This document shows positions 28,440 through 41,715 of a DNA stretch of 64,000 bases, piece after piece. This DNA is from Candidatus Altimarinota bacterium. Lineage in GTDB: Bacteria > Patescibacteriota > Gracilibacteria > UBA1369. The notes under the pieces are model-generated. The model was not told where the DNA came from. It searched no databases and saw only the letters and a program-made list of their open reading frames with translations. Location: the NCBI GenBank assembly GCA_963677745.1, contig OY782391.1:160001-224000 (forward strand), written 5' to 3'. Numbering within the stretch: the first letter of the stretch is position 1; every line of letters begins with the position of its first letter. Position numbers and translations under genes: made by a program.

Positions 28440-30471
28440 GCTTTATGCGGAAATATTGTTACCCAGAAAAATGTCCGGGAGCCAGGAAACGCTTACCTAT
28501 GTTATTCCCCCGGAACTTGAGGGAAAAATAAACAGAGGCAATCTGGTGGAAATCCCCCTTAAAAACAACCTGATCAGGGGTATTGTCTGGCAAATTCACA
28601 ATCTGAAACCCCTCTTCAAAACACGCCCGATCGCCAGAACAATCGATGATTTTTTCGGCCTGACCGATATTCAGCTGGACTTGTTGAAATACATTTCCAG
28701 ACAGCATTTTTGCCCGCTTTATAAAGTTTTGAAACTGTTTTATCCCGTTAACGTTTTTTCACGTAAAAGAGAAAAGAAAGTTGAGAAACCGCCTCTGGAC
28801 GACTTCACCGCTCCCCTCACCCAGCTGACGCTGACTGCGGAACAGGAAAAGGCCTTGCAGCAGATTAATGAGTCGTCTTCCGGCCGTTTTTTGCTTCACG
28901 GCATCACCGGCTCCGGAAAAACCGAAATATACCGCAGGCTGACAAGTAAACTACTTAAACAGGAGCAACAGGTGCTGATTCTGATACCCGAAATTTCTCT
29001 GACTCCCCAGACCGTAAATAACTTTGAAAAACAATTCGGAAAAAACATTGCCATTCTGCATTCACGACTTACTCCCGCCGAAAAAATCGATTATCTGACC
29101 AACATCGCCCGCGGTCATTATCAGATTATCATTGGTTCGCGTTCAGCCATTTTTGCTCCTTTCCCCAATCTGGGACTGATTATCATAGATGAAGAGCACG
29201 AAGATTCCTACAAACAGGACCAGGCTCCCCGCTACCATGCCAGAGAAATCGCGGAAAAAATCGCAGAAATAATGGCCGCCCGGAAAACTCCCATCAAAGT
29301 AATCAACGGCTCGGCCACACCTTCCGTAGAAACTTATTTTCAGGCGCTGGCGGGACAGCTGGAACTGGTGGAAATGCCCAGCCGCATTCCTCACAAAACA
29401 GCCACCCGTGCCCTGCCTACCATTCATCTGGTCGACCTGCGCGAAGAAATGCGTAAAAAAAATTATTCAATTTTCAGTGAGCTGCTGCAGCAAAAAATTG
29501 AACAGAATCTGGATCGGCACGAACAAACGATACTTTTTCTGAACCGCCGCGGAGCCGCCTCGGCCGTTATCTGCCGTGATTGTGGCCACATCGAGGAATG
29601 TCCCCGCTGCAATGTGCCCCTCACCTATCATTCCCGTGTGACTGTGGAATACAACATTCTACCCGCCCAGAGACTGATCTGTCACCACTGCGGCAAAATT
29701 TTCAAAATTCCCGAGATTTGCGGTGACTGCGGCAGCCACCGCATCAAATATCTGGGACTGGGCACCCAAAAAATCGAAGAAGAACTTTTAAAGCGCTTTC
29801 CGCAGGCCCGGGTCATGCGTGCCGATCGCGACACCACCTCCAAAAAAGATGACTTTGAAAAAATCTACCACGCTTTTAAAAAGGGAGAGGCCGATATTCT
29901 GATCGGCACGCAAATGATCGGAAAGGGGCTGCATTTGCCCCAGGTTACACTGGTAGGCATAGTATTAGCCGACACCGGTCTGACCATCCCCGATTTCCGG
30001 TCCGCCGAAAAAACCTTCCAGCTGATCACTCAGGTTGCCGGCCGGTCGGGACGGGAAAAACCCGGAGAGGTTGTTATACAGACCTATCTGCCCGGCCATT
30101 ACGCCATCCAGAGCACCCTCACCAATGATTTCACGGGTTTTTACCGGCAGGAAATCCGCCACCGGGAAAGCGGTCAGTTCCCGCCCTTTCAGAGACTGGC
30201 CAAACTGACGATCGAAAATCTGGATCAGCAAAAAACCTATTTTCTCAGCCACCAGCTGTTTGCTGATCTGCAGAGCTTCCGTCAGGAACAGTCCGGACTG
30301 CTGAACGACATTACGCTTTTCCCGGCCTTCATCCCCCGCCTCAAGAACAAATACCGCTGGCACATTTTATTGTCCGGAAAGGATCCGCAGCTCTTTTTGG
30401 AAAATTTTTTCTTACATAAACCGGCCGGAAATGGTATAAAAATTGACGTAGATCCGCTCCACACCATTTGA
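28432..30471 (+). CDS. priA: Primosomal protein N' (replication restart helicase)
   Basis: LLHGITGSGKTEIY, PEISLTPQ, IIDEEH..SYKQ..PRYHAR, GSATPS, LNRRG, four CxxC, QVAGRSGR, IDVDP. Confidence 0.97.
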   Translation: MPELYAEILLPRKMSGSQETLTYVIPPELEGKINRGNLVEIPLKNNLIRGIVWQIHNLKPLFKTRPIARTIDDFFGLTDIQLDLLKYISRQHFCPLYKVLKLFYPVNVFSRKREKKVEKPPLDDFTAPLTQLTLTAEQEKALQQINESSSGRFLLHGITGSGKTEIYRRLTSKLLKQEQQVLILIPEISLTPQTVNNFEKQFGKNIAILHSRLTPAEKIDYLTNIARGHYQIIIGSRSAIFAPFPNLGLIIIDEEHEDSYKQDQAPRYHAREIAEKIAEIMAARKTPIKVINGSATPSVETYFQALAGQLELVEMPSRIPHKTATRALPTIHLVDLREEMRKKNYSIFSELLQQKIEQNLDRHEQTILFLNRRGAASAVICRDCGHIEECPRCNVPLTYHSRVTVEYNILPAQRLICHHCGKIFKIPEICGDCGSHRIKYLGLGTQKIEEELLKRFPQARVMRADRDTTSKKDDFEKIYHAFKKGEADILIGTQMIGKGLHLPQVTLVGIVLADTGLTIPDFRSAEKTFQLITQVAGRSGREKPGEVVIQTYLPGHYAIQSTLTNDFTGFYRQEIRHRESGQFPPFQRLAKLTIENLDQQKTYFLSHQLFADLQSFRQEQSGLLNDITLFPAFIPRLKNKYRWHILLSGKDPQLFLENFFLHKPAGNGIKIDVDPLHTI

Positions 30472-30478
30472 TAAAAAC

Positions 30479-33119
<2,641 letters not shown>

Positions 33120-33125
33120 TCAAAA

Positions 33126-34523
33126 ATGCCACAGTACTCCTATACAGTTCTCAATAAGGAAAACAAACAGCTGACCGGCAACATCAATGCCCCCGATGAA
33201 GTGGCTGCCCGCAAGGAATTGAATGCCATGGAATTTTCCATTATCACCCTGACCGACATTACCAACCAGACCCTGCAGGCGGTTGAAGAAATACCGGAAA
33301 ACATCACAAAATTTGAATTCATCGCCACCGATAAAAACGGTAAAAACGTCATCGGCACCATTCAGGGAGAAGATATTTTTTCGGTTTACAAGAGATTGCT
33401 GTATGAATACCGCTTCGACGTCAAACAGCTTTTTCCCAACAATCTGTCGGGCAAAGAACGCGAAACCGCCATGCTGAAAGGAGTCGATGAGCTGAAAGAC
33501 CGGATCGAGGAGGAAAAAATGGCCGCGGAACTGGATCAGAAAAAACAGGAAATGGACCTGATCGCCTTCCAGCAAAAACAGGAAAAGATGAAGATGCAGG
33601 TTGATTTTGTTCTCCAAAAAGTCAACAACATGCTGGATACCTATAAGGATGATCTCGACCCCACCAGAAAAACCAAAATCAGGTATTACGTGGAAAAACT
33701 GCTGCGTATTAAAAGCAGCACCAACCTTGATTACATCATACAGACCTGTCAGGACATGCTGACCTACCTGCAAAAGGAGGAAATCTTTCTGCATCAGGAA
33801 CAGCGCCTGAAAGAAAAAACCAAACTTTCGATCGAGGCCAAAAGTATGATGATGGAATTAAACCGTATCAATAAACCCGCCGGCAAAAACATCTTCCAGG
33901 CACTGCGTGACTGGCGCCAGGCCAGAATCACCAACAACCCCGATCCCAATATACTCGACAGAATCATCGACATTCTGATTACACCGCTGATCGGCAGCAT
34001 TCCCGAAGACGATGAAATATTGTCGGTCAAAGCAAAAATAAAAAACCTGAACGTCCAACTCAAAGAATACCTGACCATCTACTTTCAGGCCCCCGACCCC
34101 GAATTCAAGAAAGAAATTAAAAGCACCCTTCTTTCACTGTGGGGACAGCGCAAACAAGCTAAAAAAGAACTTTCCGACCTGATTCGCAAGAAACAAAATG
34201 AAAAACTGGCGAATATTGAATTTACCACCGCTGAAACGCTGGAAAGAGAAATATTCGGTGTAGCCGGCTGGGTACTGGCGTTTTATATTATCTACTACTT
34301 TGGGACCATTTACCTGAATTCCAAACAAATCGATTTCATCCCGGACACAAAACTCAGCCTGATTTTCCAAACCTCCATCATCAAATACTTTTTCACCTGC
34401 CTTTTCCTGTTTGTCTGTATCTTGGGAATCAAAATTGAATTTTTCAGAAGAAAAGCCCTGATAACACCGGTCCTGACGCTGGTCTTTCTGTTTTGCTCCA
34501 CCCTGATTATATTAAATTATTAA
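33126..34523 (+). CDS. Membrane protein with two PilC/GspF-like N-terminal modules, coiled coil and C-terminal TM helices
   Basis: MPQYSYTVLNKENKQLTGNINAPDEVAARKEL and FEFIATDKNGKNVIGTIQGED; three C-terminal hydrophobic helices. Confidence 0.7.
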   Translation: MPQYSYTVLNKENKQLTGNINAPDEVAARKELNAMEFSIITLTDITNQTLQAVEEIPENITKFEFIATDKNGKNVIGTIQGEDIFSVYKRLLYEYRFDVKQLFPNNLSGKERETAMLKGVDELKDRIEEEKMAAELDQKKQEMDLIAFQQKQEKMKMQVDFVLQKVNNMLDTYKDDLDPTRKTKIRYYVEKLLRIKSSTNLDYIIQTCQDMLTYLQKEEIFLHQEQRLKEKTKLSIEAKSMMMELNRINKPAGKNIFQALRDWRQARITNNPDPNILDRIIDILITPLIGSIPEDDEILSVKAKIKNLNVQLKEYLTIYFQAPDPEFKKEIKSTLLSLWGQRKQAKKELSDLIRKKQNEKLANIEFTTAETLEREIFGVAGWVLAFYIIYYFGTIYLNSKQIDFIPDTKLSLIFQTSIIKYFFTCLFLFVCILGIKIEFFRRKALITPVLTLVFLFCSTLIILNY

Positions 34524-35305
34524 TGTTTCCAATACTTCTTCAAATCGGTCCGGTCACCATTTATTCATTGTGGATTCTTCTGGCAGTTGCCCTTTTTTCC
34601 TCATTGCTGGTGGTAAACAAACTTGCCAGGTTCCGTCTGATCAAACTTTCCTTTCTGGCCGAAAACAGCCTGCTGATTTTTTTCTGCGGATTAATCTGTG
34701 CCCGTTTCCTTTTTGTGGCTTATAACTTCAGTTATTTCTGGGACATCGTCATAACGGAAGGACACCCTTTTGAATTGCTTTACATCTGGGACAAAGGACT
34801 TTCAGCCTGGGGAGGACTGCTGGGAGTGTTTTTAAGTATATTTTTATTGGCCAGAAAACAAAAAGAGGATTTCCTGGCCTGGAGCGACATTCTGGTAATA
34901 AGCGTGCTCTTTGGAATGGTCTTTGCGAACATCGGAGCCTTTCTGGACGGGCGCAACTACGGCACGCCCACCGATCTGCCCTGGGGCGTATTGATGGAAC
35001 CGTCACAATATGCCATTCCCATTCATCCGGTTCAGCTCTACGCGGCTTTCTATTCACTGCTAATCGGTATCATCCTCTACCACCTGTTCAATCACAAACT
35101 TTTCAAAAGCAGCGGCGTGATAACCTGGCTGGGACTGACGCTTTACTGTTTTTTCCGTTTCATTGAGGAATTTCTGCGTGGTGATGAAGCCAACCTGCTG
35201 TTCGGTTTAATCCGCGAAGCCCAGATCTATAGCCTGATTGGGCTTTCCTTCGGCGGTTATATGATGTATAGGTATTTTAGAAAATACTTCCAAGAAAACC
35301 ATTAA
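34523..35305 (+). CDS. lgt: Prolipoprotein diacylglyceryl transferase-like protein
   Basis: MFPILLQIGPVTIYS, G...ARFLFV, YGTPTDLPWG, HPVQLY, RFIEEFLR; ATG overlaps upstream TAA. Confidence 0.85.
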   Translation: MFPILLQIGPVTIYSLWILLAVALFSSLLVVNKLARFRLIKLSFLAENSLLIFFCGLICARFLFVAYNFSYFWDIVITEGHPFELLYIWDKGLSAWGGLLGVFLSIFLLARKQKEDFLAWSDILVISVLFGMVFANIGAFLDGRNYGTPTDLPWGVLMEPSQYAIPIHPVQLYAAFYSLLIGIILYHLFNHKLFKSSGVITWLGLTLYCFFRFIEEFLRGDEANLLFGLIREAQIYSLIGLSFGGYMMYRYFRKYFQENH

Positions 35306-35307
35306 CC

Positions 35308-35745
35308 ATGAATAATTTTATTATCGGCTTCCTCGAATATTTCTTCGAATTCAACCCTTCCAAAAGCTTCGGTTTGCAGTGGATCGTCTGGACTATCATC
35401 ATCCTGGCCTTCTTGAGCGCCATATTCATTTACATCAAAGCAAAAAAAGGCACCACTCCGGTCTTGCGGAAAATCTTGATGGAATATCCCGGAAAACTGA
35501 TTACCATCAGCATACTTTTAATACTCAACATTTTATCGCGCCTCAACCAAATCGAAGTTCTCTCCATGCGTTTTATTACCTATCTGCTGCTGCTCTGGCT
35601 GGTCTATTCTTATTATTCCCTGTACCGCGATCTGACTGTCAGTTATCCCCGCAAGCTGGCCCAGCAAAAACAGAAATTCGTCAGCCTGGAAGAAAAATAC
35701 CGCATTCATAAGAACAAGAAACGAAAGAACCGTCTGAAAAAGTAG
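35308..35745 (+). CDS. Hypothetical membrane protein
   Basis: Three hydrophobic segments and basic C-terminus. Confidence 0.75.
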   Translation: MNNFIIGFLEYFFEFNPSKSFGLQWIVWTIIILAFLSAIFIYIKAKKGTTPVLRKILMEYPGKLITISILLILNILSRLNQIEVLSMRFITYLLLLWLVYSYYSLYRDLTVSYPRKLAQQKQKFVSLEEKYRIHKNKKRKNRLKK

Positions 35746-35755
35746 GAAACACACC

Positions 35756-37000
35756 TTAACTTTCCAGATCCCAGGAATACAATTTTGCCGTAGATTCCAG
35801 CTCCGCCTGTTCGGTTAAATACCTGACAAAATAAAGTGTTTTGGGGCTTACCACCTGCAACTGTACCACTCCCAATCCGTTAAACATATCCTGAACATTC
35901 TCAAAATTCACATCTGCCAGCAAATAACGGTCTTTCATTTTCAAAATCAACAAATCTCCGGAATGATGTATCAGTAAATCCGCCGAAATCAAACTGACCT
36001 GATTTTCAAATCTTCTCAGAAAAACCGGTTTCCCCGTCTTAAAATCATAAGACCAGATTTCCCGCCCGTCCTTTGTATAATGCAATTGTCCATTGGCAGC
36101 CAAAGCAACTGAATCTATATGGCCCGTATCCAATGGCAGCAGCTGGTTGTTTTGCAATTCATAAAAAACACCGTCCCGCCTTCCCGGAGAAAAATCCAAA
36201 GCCACAAAATTCCTTTTCCCGGCAGTAAAACTGCGCAAAGCAATAATATGCTGTCCCTCTATCGGCTGTTTTGACCAAATCACATTTTCTAACTGTTGAT
36301 CCAAGGCAGCCAAAAAGTTGGCCTGATAAAAATACCATTTATCCCCCGCAAAAACATAGTTTGCCGGAACATTTACTTTTTTGCTTTCTCCCGTTAACAA
36401 ATCCACTATATATCTTTGTCCGTCAGCCATCTCCAGATGAGCCAGTTTCCCGAATACGGAGATCGACTTGATGTCCCGCCCGGCTACTCCTTTGGCCTCC
36501 CTTAAGTCCGCACCGTCAAAATCTGACCTTAATTTGGCAAATAACAGACGGGTATCCTCACTTCGCCAAAAATAACCTCCCTCCAGAATAATCCGGCCCT
36601 CCTGGCCGTTTTCCATCGTCCAAGCCTGCAATTCCTTGGTTTGAGCCAGAACGTCCCGAGGATACAAAAAAACGGATCCGGCCCTGCTGATCAAATCGGC
36701 AGCCACATCAATATCTATACTGTAATCCCAGTATCCTTCCCGGCCCACGGCCAATTGATAGCGCCCCGGTAAAACGTTGTTGATCACAAAGGGTAAATTT
36801 CCCTCCATTTTCTGGCCGTCCAGATAGACCCTGGCCCTGGTATCGCTGTAGGAAATATCAATAATACCGGTACGTCGTATCTGATTGCTGATAAAATCAT
36901 ATTGAAACCCGTTGGCCCAATACAAAGACACCATTAGAGCCATCACAAAGATCAGCAGCAATGAGCCTCTCCAAAACCAGGTCTGCCAGGAATTTTTCAT
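35756..37000 (-). CDS. PEGA domain-containing membrane-anchored protein
   Basis: N-terminal TM, ANGFQYD..TGIIDI, ARVYLDG..PFVINNVLPGRYQLAVGREGYWDY. Confidence 0.85.
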   Translation of the reverse strand: MKNSWQTWFWRGSLLLIFVMALMVSLYWANGFQYDFISNQIRRTGIIDISYSDTRARVYLDGQKMEGNLPFVINNVLPGRYQLAVGREGYWDYSIDIDVAADLISRAGSVFLYPRDVLAQTKELQAWTMENGQEGRIILEGGYFWRSEDTRLLFAKLRSDFDGADLREAKGVAGRDIKSISVFGKLAHLEMADGQRYIVDLLTGESKKVNVPANYVFAGDKWYFYQANFLAALDQQLENVIWSKQPIEGQHIIALRSFTAGKRNFVALDFSPGRRDGVFYELQNNQLLPLDTGHIDSVALAANGQLHYTKDGREIWSYDFKTGKPVFLRRFENQVSLISADLLIHHSGDLLILKMKDRYLLADVNFENVQDMFNGLGVVQLQVVSPKTLYFVRYLTEQAELESTAKLYSWDLES

Positions 37001-37003
37001 GGA

Positions 37004-37657
37004 CTAGGAAATATTCAGAATTTCGTAAGTAACCATCCCCGCCGGCACTTTCACGTCGACCTTGGCTCCGGTAATATTATTTAACAGAGCGGCCCCTACC
37101 GCCGATTCATTGGAAATTTTGCCTTCCAGCGGATCTGCTTCGGTAGTACCCACAATTGCATACTCCATCACTACGCCGGCATTTTTTCCGGAAAGCGCTC
37201 TGATTTTAACTTTATTGCCAAGCTGAACCTGCATTTGACGGCTGGATCTTTGTTGAGCGGCTTCATCATCAATTATCTGGGCGTATTTGACCTGTTCGGT
37301 CAGTTGCAGAATGCGGCCTTCCACAAAAGCCTGCTCATTCTTGGCCTCCTCATACTCGGAATTTTCCGAAAGATCGCCATAACTGACTGCTTCCTTGATT
37401 CTGGCGGCAATTTCCTTGCGGCGGGAATTCTCCAGAAAATCCAGTTCCTTTTTAAGAGCGGCCAAACCATCCTTGGTAACCAGAGTGACTTTACCCTCCT
37501 CCATCGTCCCGACAAAATGGTGTTTTGCTTCCAGAGGAGCCTTCACGGCTTTATGCAACTTTACGACAGGCTTGGCGGCTTTTTTCTCAACTTTTGCCAC
37601 TGTCTTCTGAGGCTTGGCCGTTTTCACACTGACCTTTTTAAGCTTTTTCTCTGCCAT
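37004..37657 (-). CDS. greA: Transcription elongation factor GreA with basic N-terminal extension
   Basis: GDLSENSEYEEAKNEQ, EADPLEGKISNESAVGAALL, VPAG. Confidence 0.95.
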   Translation of the reverse strand: MAEKKLKKVSVKTAKPQKTVAKVEKKAAKPVVKLHKAVKAPLEAKHHFVGTMEEGKVTLVTKDGLAALKKELDFLENSRRKEIAARIKEAVSYGDLSENSEYEEAKNEQAFVEGRILQLTEQVKYAQIIDDEAAQQRSSRQMQVQLGNKVKIRALSGKNAGVVMEYAIVGTTEADPLEGKISNESAVGAALLNNITGAKVDVKVPAGMVTYEILNIS

Positions 37658-37677
37658 AATACAAGTATGGTTAATTT

Positions 37678-38817
37678 TTAATTGGGTCTGATTTTGATAC
37701 TGGTGGGATGTTCCTTCAGTTTTTGTAATACCTTGGCTTCTATCTGACGGATTCTCTCCCTGGTTACATTGAATTCCTGTCCGACTTCCTCCAGAGTATG
37801 CCCCACACCGTCCTTCAAGCCAAATCTCATTTCAATTATTTTTCTTTCGCGCGGGGAAAGATACTGCAGCATTTCATGAATATTTTCCTTGATCAGTACG
37901 CGATTGGTGGCTTCCTGCGGGAGGACGGCATCATCATCTTCGATAAAGTCCCCCAGTTTGCTGTCCTCCTCAGTCCCGACCGGAGCTTCCAGAGAAACGA
38001 TATCCTGGGAAATTTTTAAAATATGCTTAACCTTCTTTTCGTCCATGCCCATTTCCGCAGCCAGTTCTTCAACCACCGGTTCACGCCCCAGTTCCTGCAC
38101 CAGACGGCGCTGGGCATGAGTCAGTTTGTTAATGGTTTCCACCATATGCACCGGAATACGGATTGTCCTGGCCTGATCGGCAATGGCGCGGGTAATGGCC
38201 TGGCGGATCCACCAGGTGGCATAAGTGGAAAACTTGAAACCGCGATCCGGATCAAATTTTTCCACGGCCCTGAATAAGCCGATATTGCCTTCCTGAATCA
38301 GATCCAGGAAAGACAAACCGCGGCCGATATACTTCTTGGCAATACTGACTACCAGACGTAGATTGGATTCGGCCAGCTTGGACTTGGCCGACTGGTCTCC
38401 TTTTTTGATTCTGCGGGCCAGATCTATCTCTTCCTTGGCTGAAAGCAAATTGATTTTACCGATCTCACACAGATAAAGACGAATGGAATCGTTGGCAATT
38501 TCCCGCAGTTCCACCGTCTTCTTTTCCACCACCACCACCTTCTCAGCAGCAGCTTCCTGTTCATCCTCCTCGACTGTCTTGGAGGTCAGCATCTTGTCCT
38601 TGGCATCAATAATTTCTATGCCCAGATCCATCATCAGTCCCATCACCTCATCCAAGAGCATCAGGTCTTCTTCAGCATTGGGAATAGCCTTCATCAACTC
38701 CTGATGGGTCACAAATCCGTGTTCTCGGCCTTTTTTTACTATCTCTCGCACCTTTTCGGGAAACTGCAGCAATTTATCATCCGACGGCTGCACAATAAAT
38801 TTTTTGGTTCTAGCCAT
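37678..38817 (-). CDS. rpoD: Primary RNA polymerase sigma factor
   Basis: [69 protein letters not shown]. Confidence 0.98.
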   Translation of the reverse strand: MARTKKFIVQPSDDKLLQFPEKVREIVKKGREHGFVTHQELMKAIPNAEEDLMLLDEVMGLMMDLGIEIIDAKDKMLTSKTVEEDEQEAAAEKVVVVEKKTVELREIANDSIRLYLCEIGKINLLSAKEEIDLARRIKKGDQSAKSKLAESNLRLVVSIAKKYIGRGLSFLDLIQEGNIGLFRAVEKFDPDRGFKFSTYATWWIRQAITRAIADQARTIRIPVHMVETINKLTHAQRRLVQELGREPVVEELAAEMGMDEKKVKHILKISQDIVSLEAPVGTEEDSKLGDFIEDDDAVLPQEATNRVLIKENIHEMLQYLSPRERKIIEMRFGLKDGVGHTLEEVGQEFNVTRERIRQIEAKVLQKLKEHPTSIKIRPN

Positions 38818-38835
38818 TAATTCAGTAAGGTTAAA

Positions 38836-40596
38836 TTACGTTACACGGCTTAGATTGCTCAGTTCGGTCAGGATCTTCTCCATCTCAGTTTGATCTTTAT
38901 GGGCCTCGGCTTCTTTTAATTGCCTATTTAAATGCATTCGCATTTTGGCCAGATTCTGATTTTTAATTTTGGCAACCAGATCCTGAATCTCCTTTTGCAC
39001 CATCTCCTCAGGTAAATCTGCATATTGTTCCTCTACATACAAAGACATCAAACCAGCCTGTGACCTAAGCTCTTCGTCCAGACCGGCTAACATTGCCAAA
39101 ATAGCTTCCTGATCAACACCTTGAGGATTATAGATTGACAAAAACCGCTTGTAAATAGTATTAACCTTTTCTGAAAAAACCTGTTGCGAAAGGTCGATAT
39201 TTGTGTCGATAAAATACTTTGGATAATTCAGTAAAAGACCAATCAACAACTCCTCCGGCTGATAGTGCAGTGGTCTGTCGGTTTCCAGAGCCTGTTTGGC
39301 CGGGTGATTTTTACTGAAAGTCAGAACTTTCATTTCATCGTAAATCTGCACTTCCGGAACATCCAGATCCAGTGCCAGTTTTCTGACATAGGAATCCCGT
39401 TCCACCGAACTGCGAATCCGCCCCACCAGTACGGCAAACTCAGCCAGCAATTTGCGCTGCTCGGCCAGCGAATTTTTATTGAATCTGCTGAACAGCTCCT
39501 CGTAATAATAATCGGTAAACAGTTTAATTTCCTTAACAATCTCCACCAGTTGTCCCGGCTTTTCCTTAACAAAATCGGCAATATCCTTACCCGATGGCAA
39601 CACCAGAATTTTTACCAGAAAATCGAATTCCTGCGTCAGTTCGAAACTACGTCTGGCCGCTTCACGTCCGGCATTATCCATATCAAAAGAGAAAACCAGT
39701 TCTTCAATATAAGGTTTCAGCTGGGTCAGATGACGCTTGGTCATGGCCGTGCCGTTGACCGCCACTACATTCTTTAGTCCGTCCTGCCAGGCCATCAGAA
39801 AATCCATATACCCTTCCACAATCACCACCTGATGGGCAATTTTGATCTGCGACTTGGAATGGCTGAAACCGTAAAGCAGCTGATTTTTCTGATAAATAGG
39901 CGTTTCCGGCGAATTCAGATATTTAGGCTCCTGATCAGCCCGCAGAGCCCGGCCTCCAAACCCGACCACCCGCCCCAGGGAATCAAAAACCGGAAACATC
40001 AAACGGCCCCGGAACCGGTCATAAATTCTGTTCATCGAAGTATCCTTGGCCAGAGCCAGGCCGGATTGCAAAATTTGAGCATGTGCATAACCTTTTTTCA
40101 GCAAAAACTGATGCGTCATTTCATAGTCGTCCGGAGCATATCCCAGCCGGAACAGTTTGATCGTGTCATTGCTGAGGCCCCGGGAATGCAGATAATTTAA
40201 AGCCTGCGCCCCCTCCTCCGTCCATAATTTCTGGGCATAATAATCAGCGGTTGTCTGATGAATTTCCAGCAGGATTGCTTTTTCGTCTTTACGAACAAAA
40301 TTTTTGTTCGAACTTTTCTCGACAGTCACACCGGTCTTTTCGGCAAGCAGGTTGAGCGCTTCGGCAAATTCAATATTTTCTATTTCCATCAAAAAGCGGA
40401 AGATATCACCGCCTTTGTGACAACCAAAACAATAGGCAATTCCCTTCTCGGGACTGACAATAAAACTGGGTGTTTTTTCTGAATGAAAAGGGCAAAGTCC
40501 TTTCAGACTTTTGCCGATACGCTTCAAAACCACATACTCCGCCACCAGACTCTCAATGGGGAGACGCGCCTTTATTTCATTGACTGCCTCGCTCAT
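38836..40596 (-). CDS. dnaG: DNA primase
   Basis: CPFHSEKTPSF..CFGC, DRFRGRLMFP, KYLNSPET, VEGYMD, FDMDNAG. Confidence 0.97.
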   Translation of the reverse strand: MSEAVNEIKARLPIESLVAEYVVLKRIGKSLKGLCPFHSEKTPSFIVSPEKGIAYCFGCHKGGDIFRFLMEIENIEFAEALNLLAEKTGVTVEKSSNKNFVRKDEKAILLEIHQTTADYYAQKLWTEEGAQALNYLHSRGLSNDTIKLFRLGYAPDDYEMTHQFLLKKGYAHAQILQSGLALAKDTSMNRIYDRFRGRLMFPVFDSLGRVVGFGGRALRADQEPKYLNSPETPIYQKNQLLYGFSHSKSQIKIAHQVVIVEGYMDFLMAWQDGLKNVVAVNGTAMTKRHLTQLKPYIEELVFSFDMDNAGREAARRSFELTQEFDFLVKILVLPSGKDIADFVKEKPGQLVEIVKEIKLFTDYYYEELFSRFNKNSLAEQRKLLAEFAVLVGRIRSSVERDSYVRKLALDLDVPEVQIYDEMKVLTFSKNHPAKQALETDRPLHYQPEELLIGLLLNYPKYFIDTNIDLSQQVFSEKVNTIYKRFLSIYNPQGVDQEAILAMLAGLDEELRSQAGLMSLYVEEQYADLPEEMVQKEIQDLVAKIKNQNLAKMRMHLNRQLKEAEAHKDQTEMEKILTELSNLSRVT

Positions 40597-40625
40597 GCAC
40601 GGTTTTTATTGGAATCACTAACCTT

Positions 40626-41663
40626 TTAGCCCCTTTTACGGTTATTTTCAACCTCCAAGAGTACCACCGCGAAACCGATAATGGACATGGTAAAGAGCAT
40701 TCCGATAATAGCCCAGACCTTTTGACCGCTTCCCAGCACCAATGCCATTGCCCCGAACACAGCAGCAGCCAGATAAATCACCAGTAAAGCCTGTCTGTTG
40801 GACAAACCGGCGTAGATCAGGCGATGATGAAAATGAAACAAATCCCCCTTGAAAGGTGATTTTTTATTGATAATCCGTCGCAGGATTACCCAGATTGCAT
40901 CCAGAATCGGAAAACCCAGCACCAACAGAGCGGTGCCCAGCTTGGCTCCCGAAAATATCGACAATCCGGCCAGCATAAAGCCCAGAAACATGCTTCCCGT
41001 ATCCCCCATCAGAATGCGCGCCGGGTAAAAATTATACCACCAGAATACGGCCACTATTACCCCCAGCAATAAAGCCATAATTGCCACAGCGGTCTGATCG
41101 ACTGAATGTAAACCCGGTTTGACGCTCAGCAAAAATATCGTCAAAGCAGCGATTCCCGATACTCCCGAAGACAGTCCGTCCAGACCGTCAATCCAGTTAA
41201 GGGTATTCATGATCATCACCACCCACAACACCGTCGCCACCAGGGAAAGAACGGCCAGTCCCCCTACCTGCCAGCCCAGCAGATTTATTTCCGGCCCCAG
41301 GGGATTGGGTAAAGTTCCCACAAAAGTACCGCTGAAAAACAAACCGACGGCAGCCGCAACCTGCATCAACAAACGGACAATCGGGCTAAGTCCCTTCCAG
41401 TCGTCCAGAAAACTGATTACGGCGACCAATAAGCCGATGCCCAAAAAACAGGCCAGTTTTAAATCAAAATTCAGCCAAAAAACACTCCCGGCCAGAAATG
41501 CCAAAACCACCACCGTCCCCCCATAATAAGGAATGGGAGCTCTTTTCAGTCCATACTTATGCGGACGGTCCATCATTCCCCATTTCGGGAAATAATAAAG
41601 TGCCAGTCTGACCAGCAGATAGGACAGAACCAGACCGGTAATAGCAATGTACAGAAAATTCAT
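40626..41663 (-). CDS. MraY/WecA/TagO-family undecaprenyl-phosphate sugar-1-phosphate transferase
   Basis: IPYYGG, FLDD, NTLNWIDGLDGL, NFYPARILMGDTGS, HFHHRL. Confidence 0.92.
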   Translation of the reverse strand: MNFLYIAITGLVLSYLLVRLALYYFPKWGMMDRPHKYGLKRAPIPYYGGTVVVLAFLAGSVFWLNFDLKLACFLGIGLLVAVISFLDDWKGLSPIVRLLMQVAAAVGLFFSGTFVGTLPNPLGPEINLLGWQVGGLAVLSLVATVLWVVMIMNTLNWIDGLDGLSSGVSGIAALTIFLLSVKPGLHSVDQTAVAIMALLLGVIVAVFWWYNFYPARILMGDTGSMFLGFMLAGLSIFSGAKLGTALLVLGFPILDAIWVILRRIINKKSPFKGDLFHFHHRLIYAGLSNRQALLVIYLAAAVFGAMALVLGSGQKVWAIIGMLFTMSIIGFAVVLLEVENNRKRG

Positions 41664-41715
41664 GATTAAATTATTGATAATTTATTTCACAAAATCAAGC
41701 TGCACGGATTTTGTG

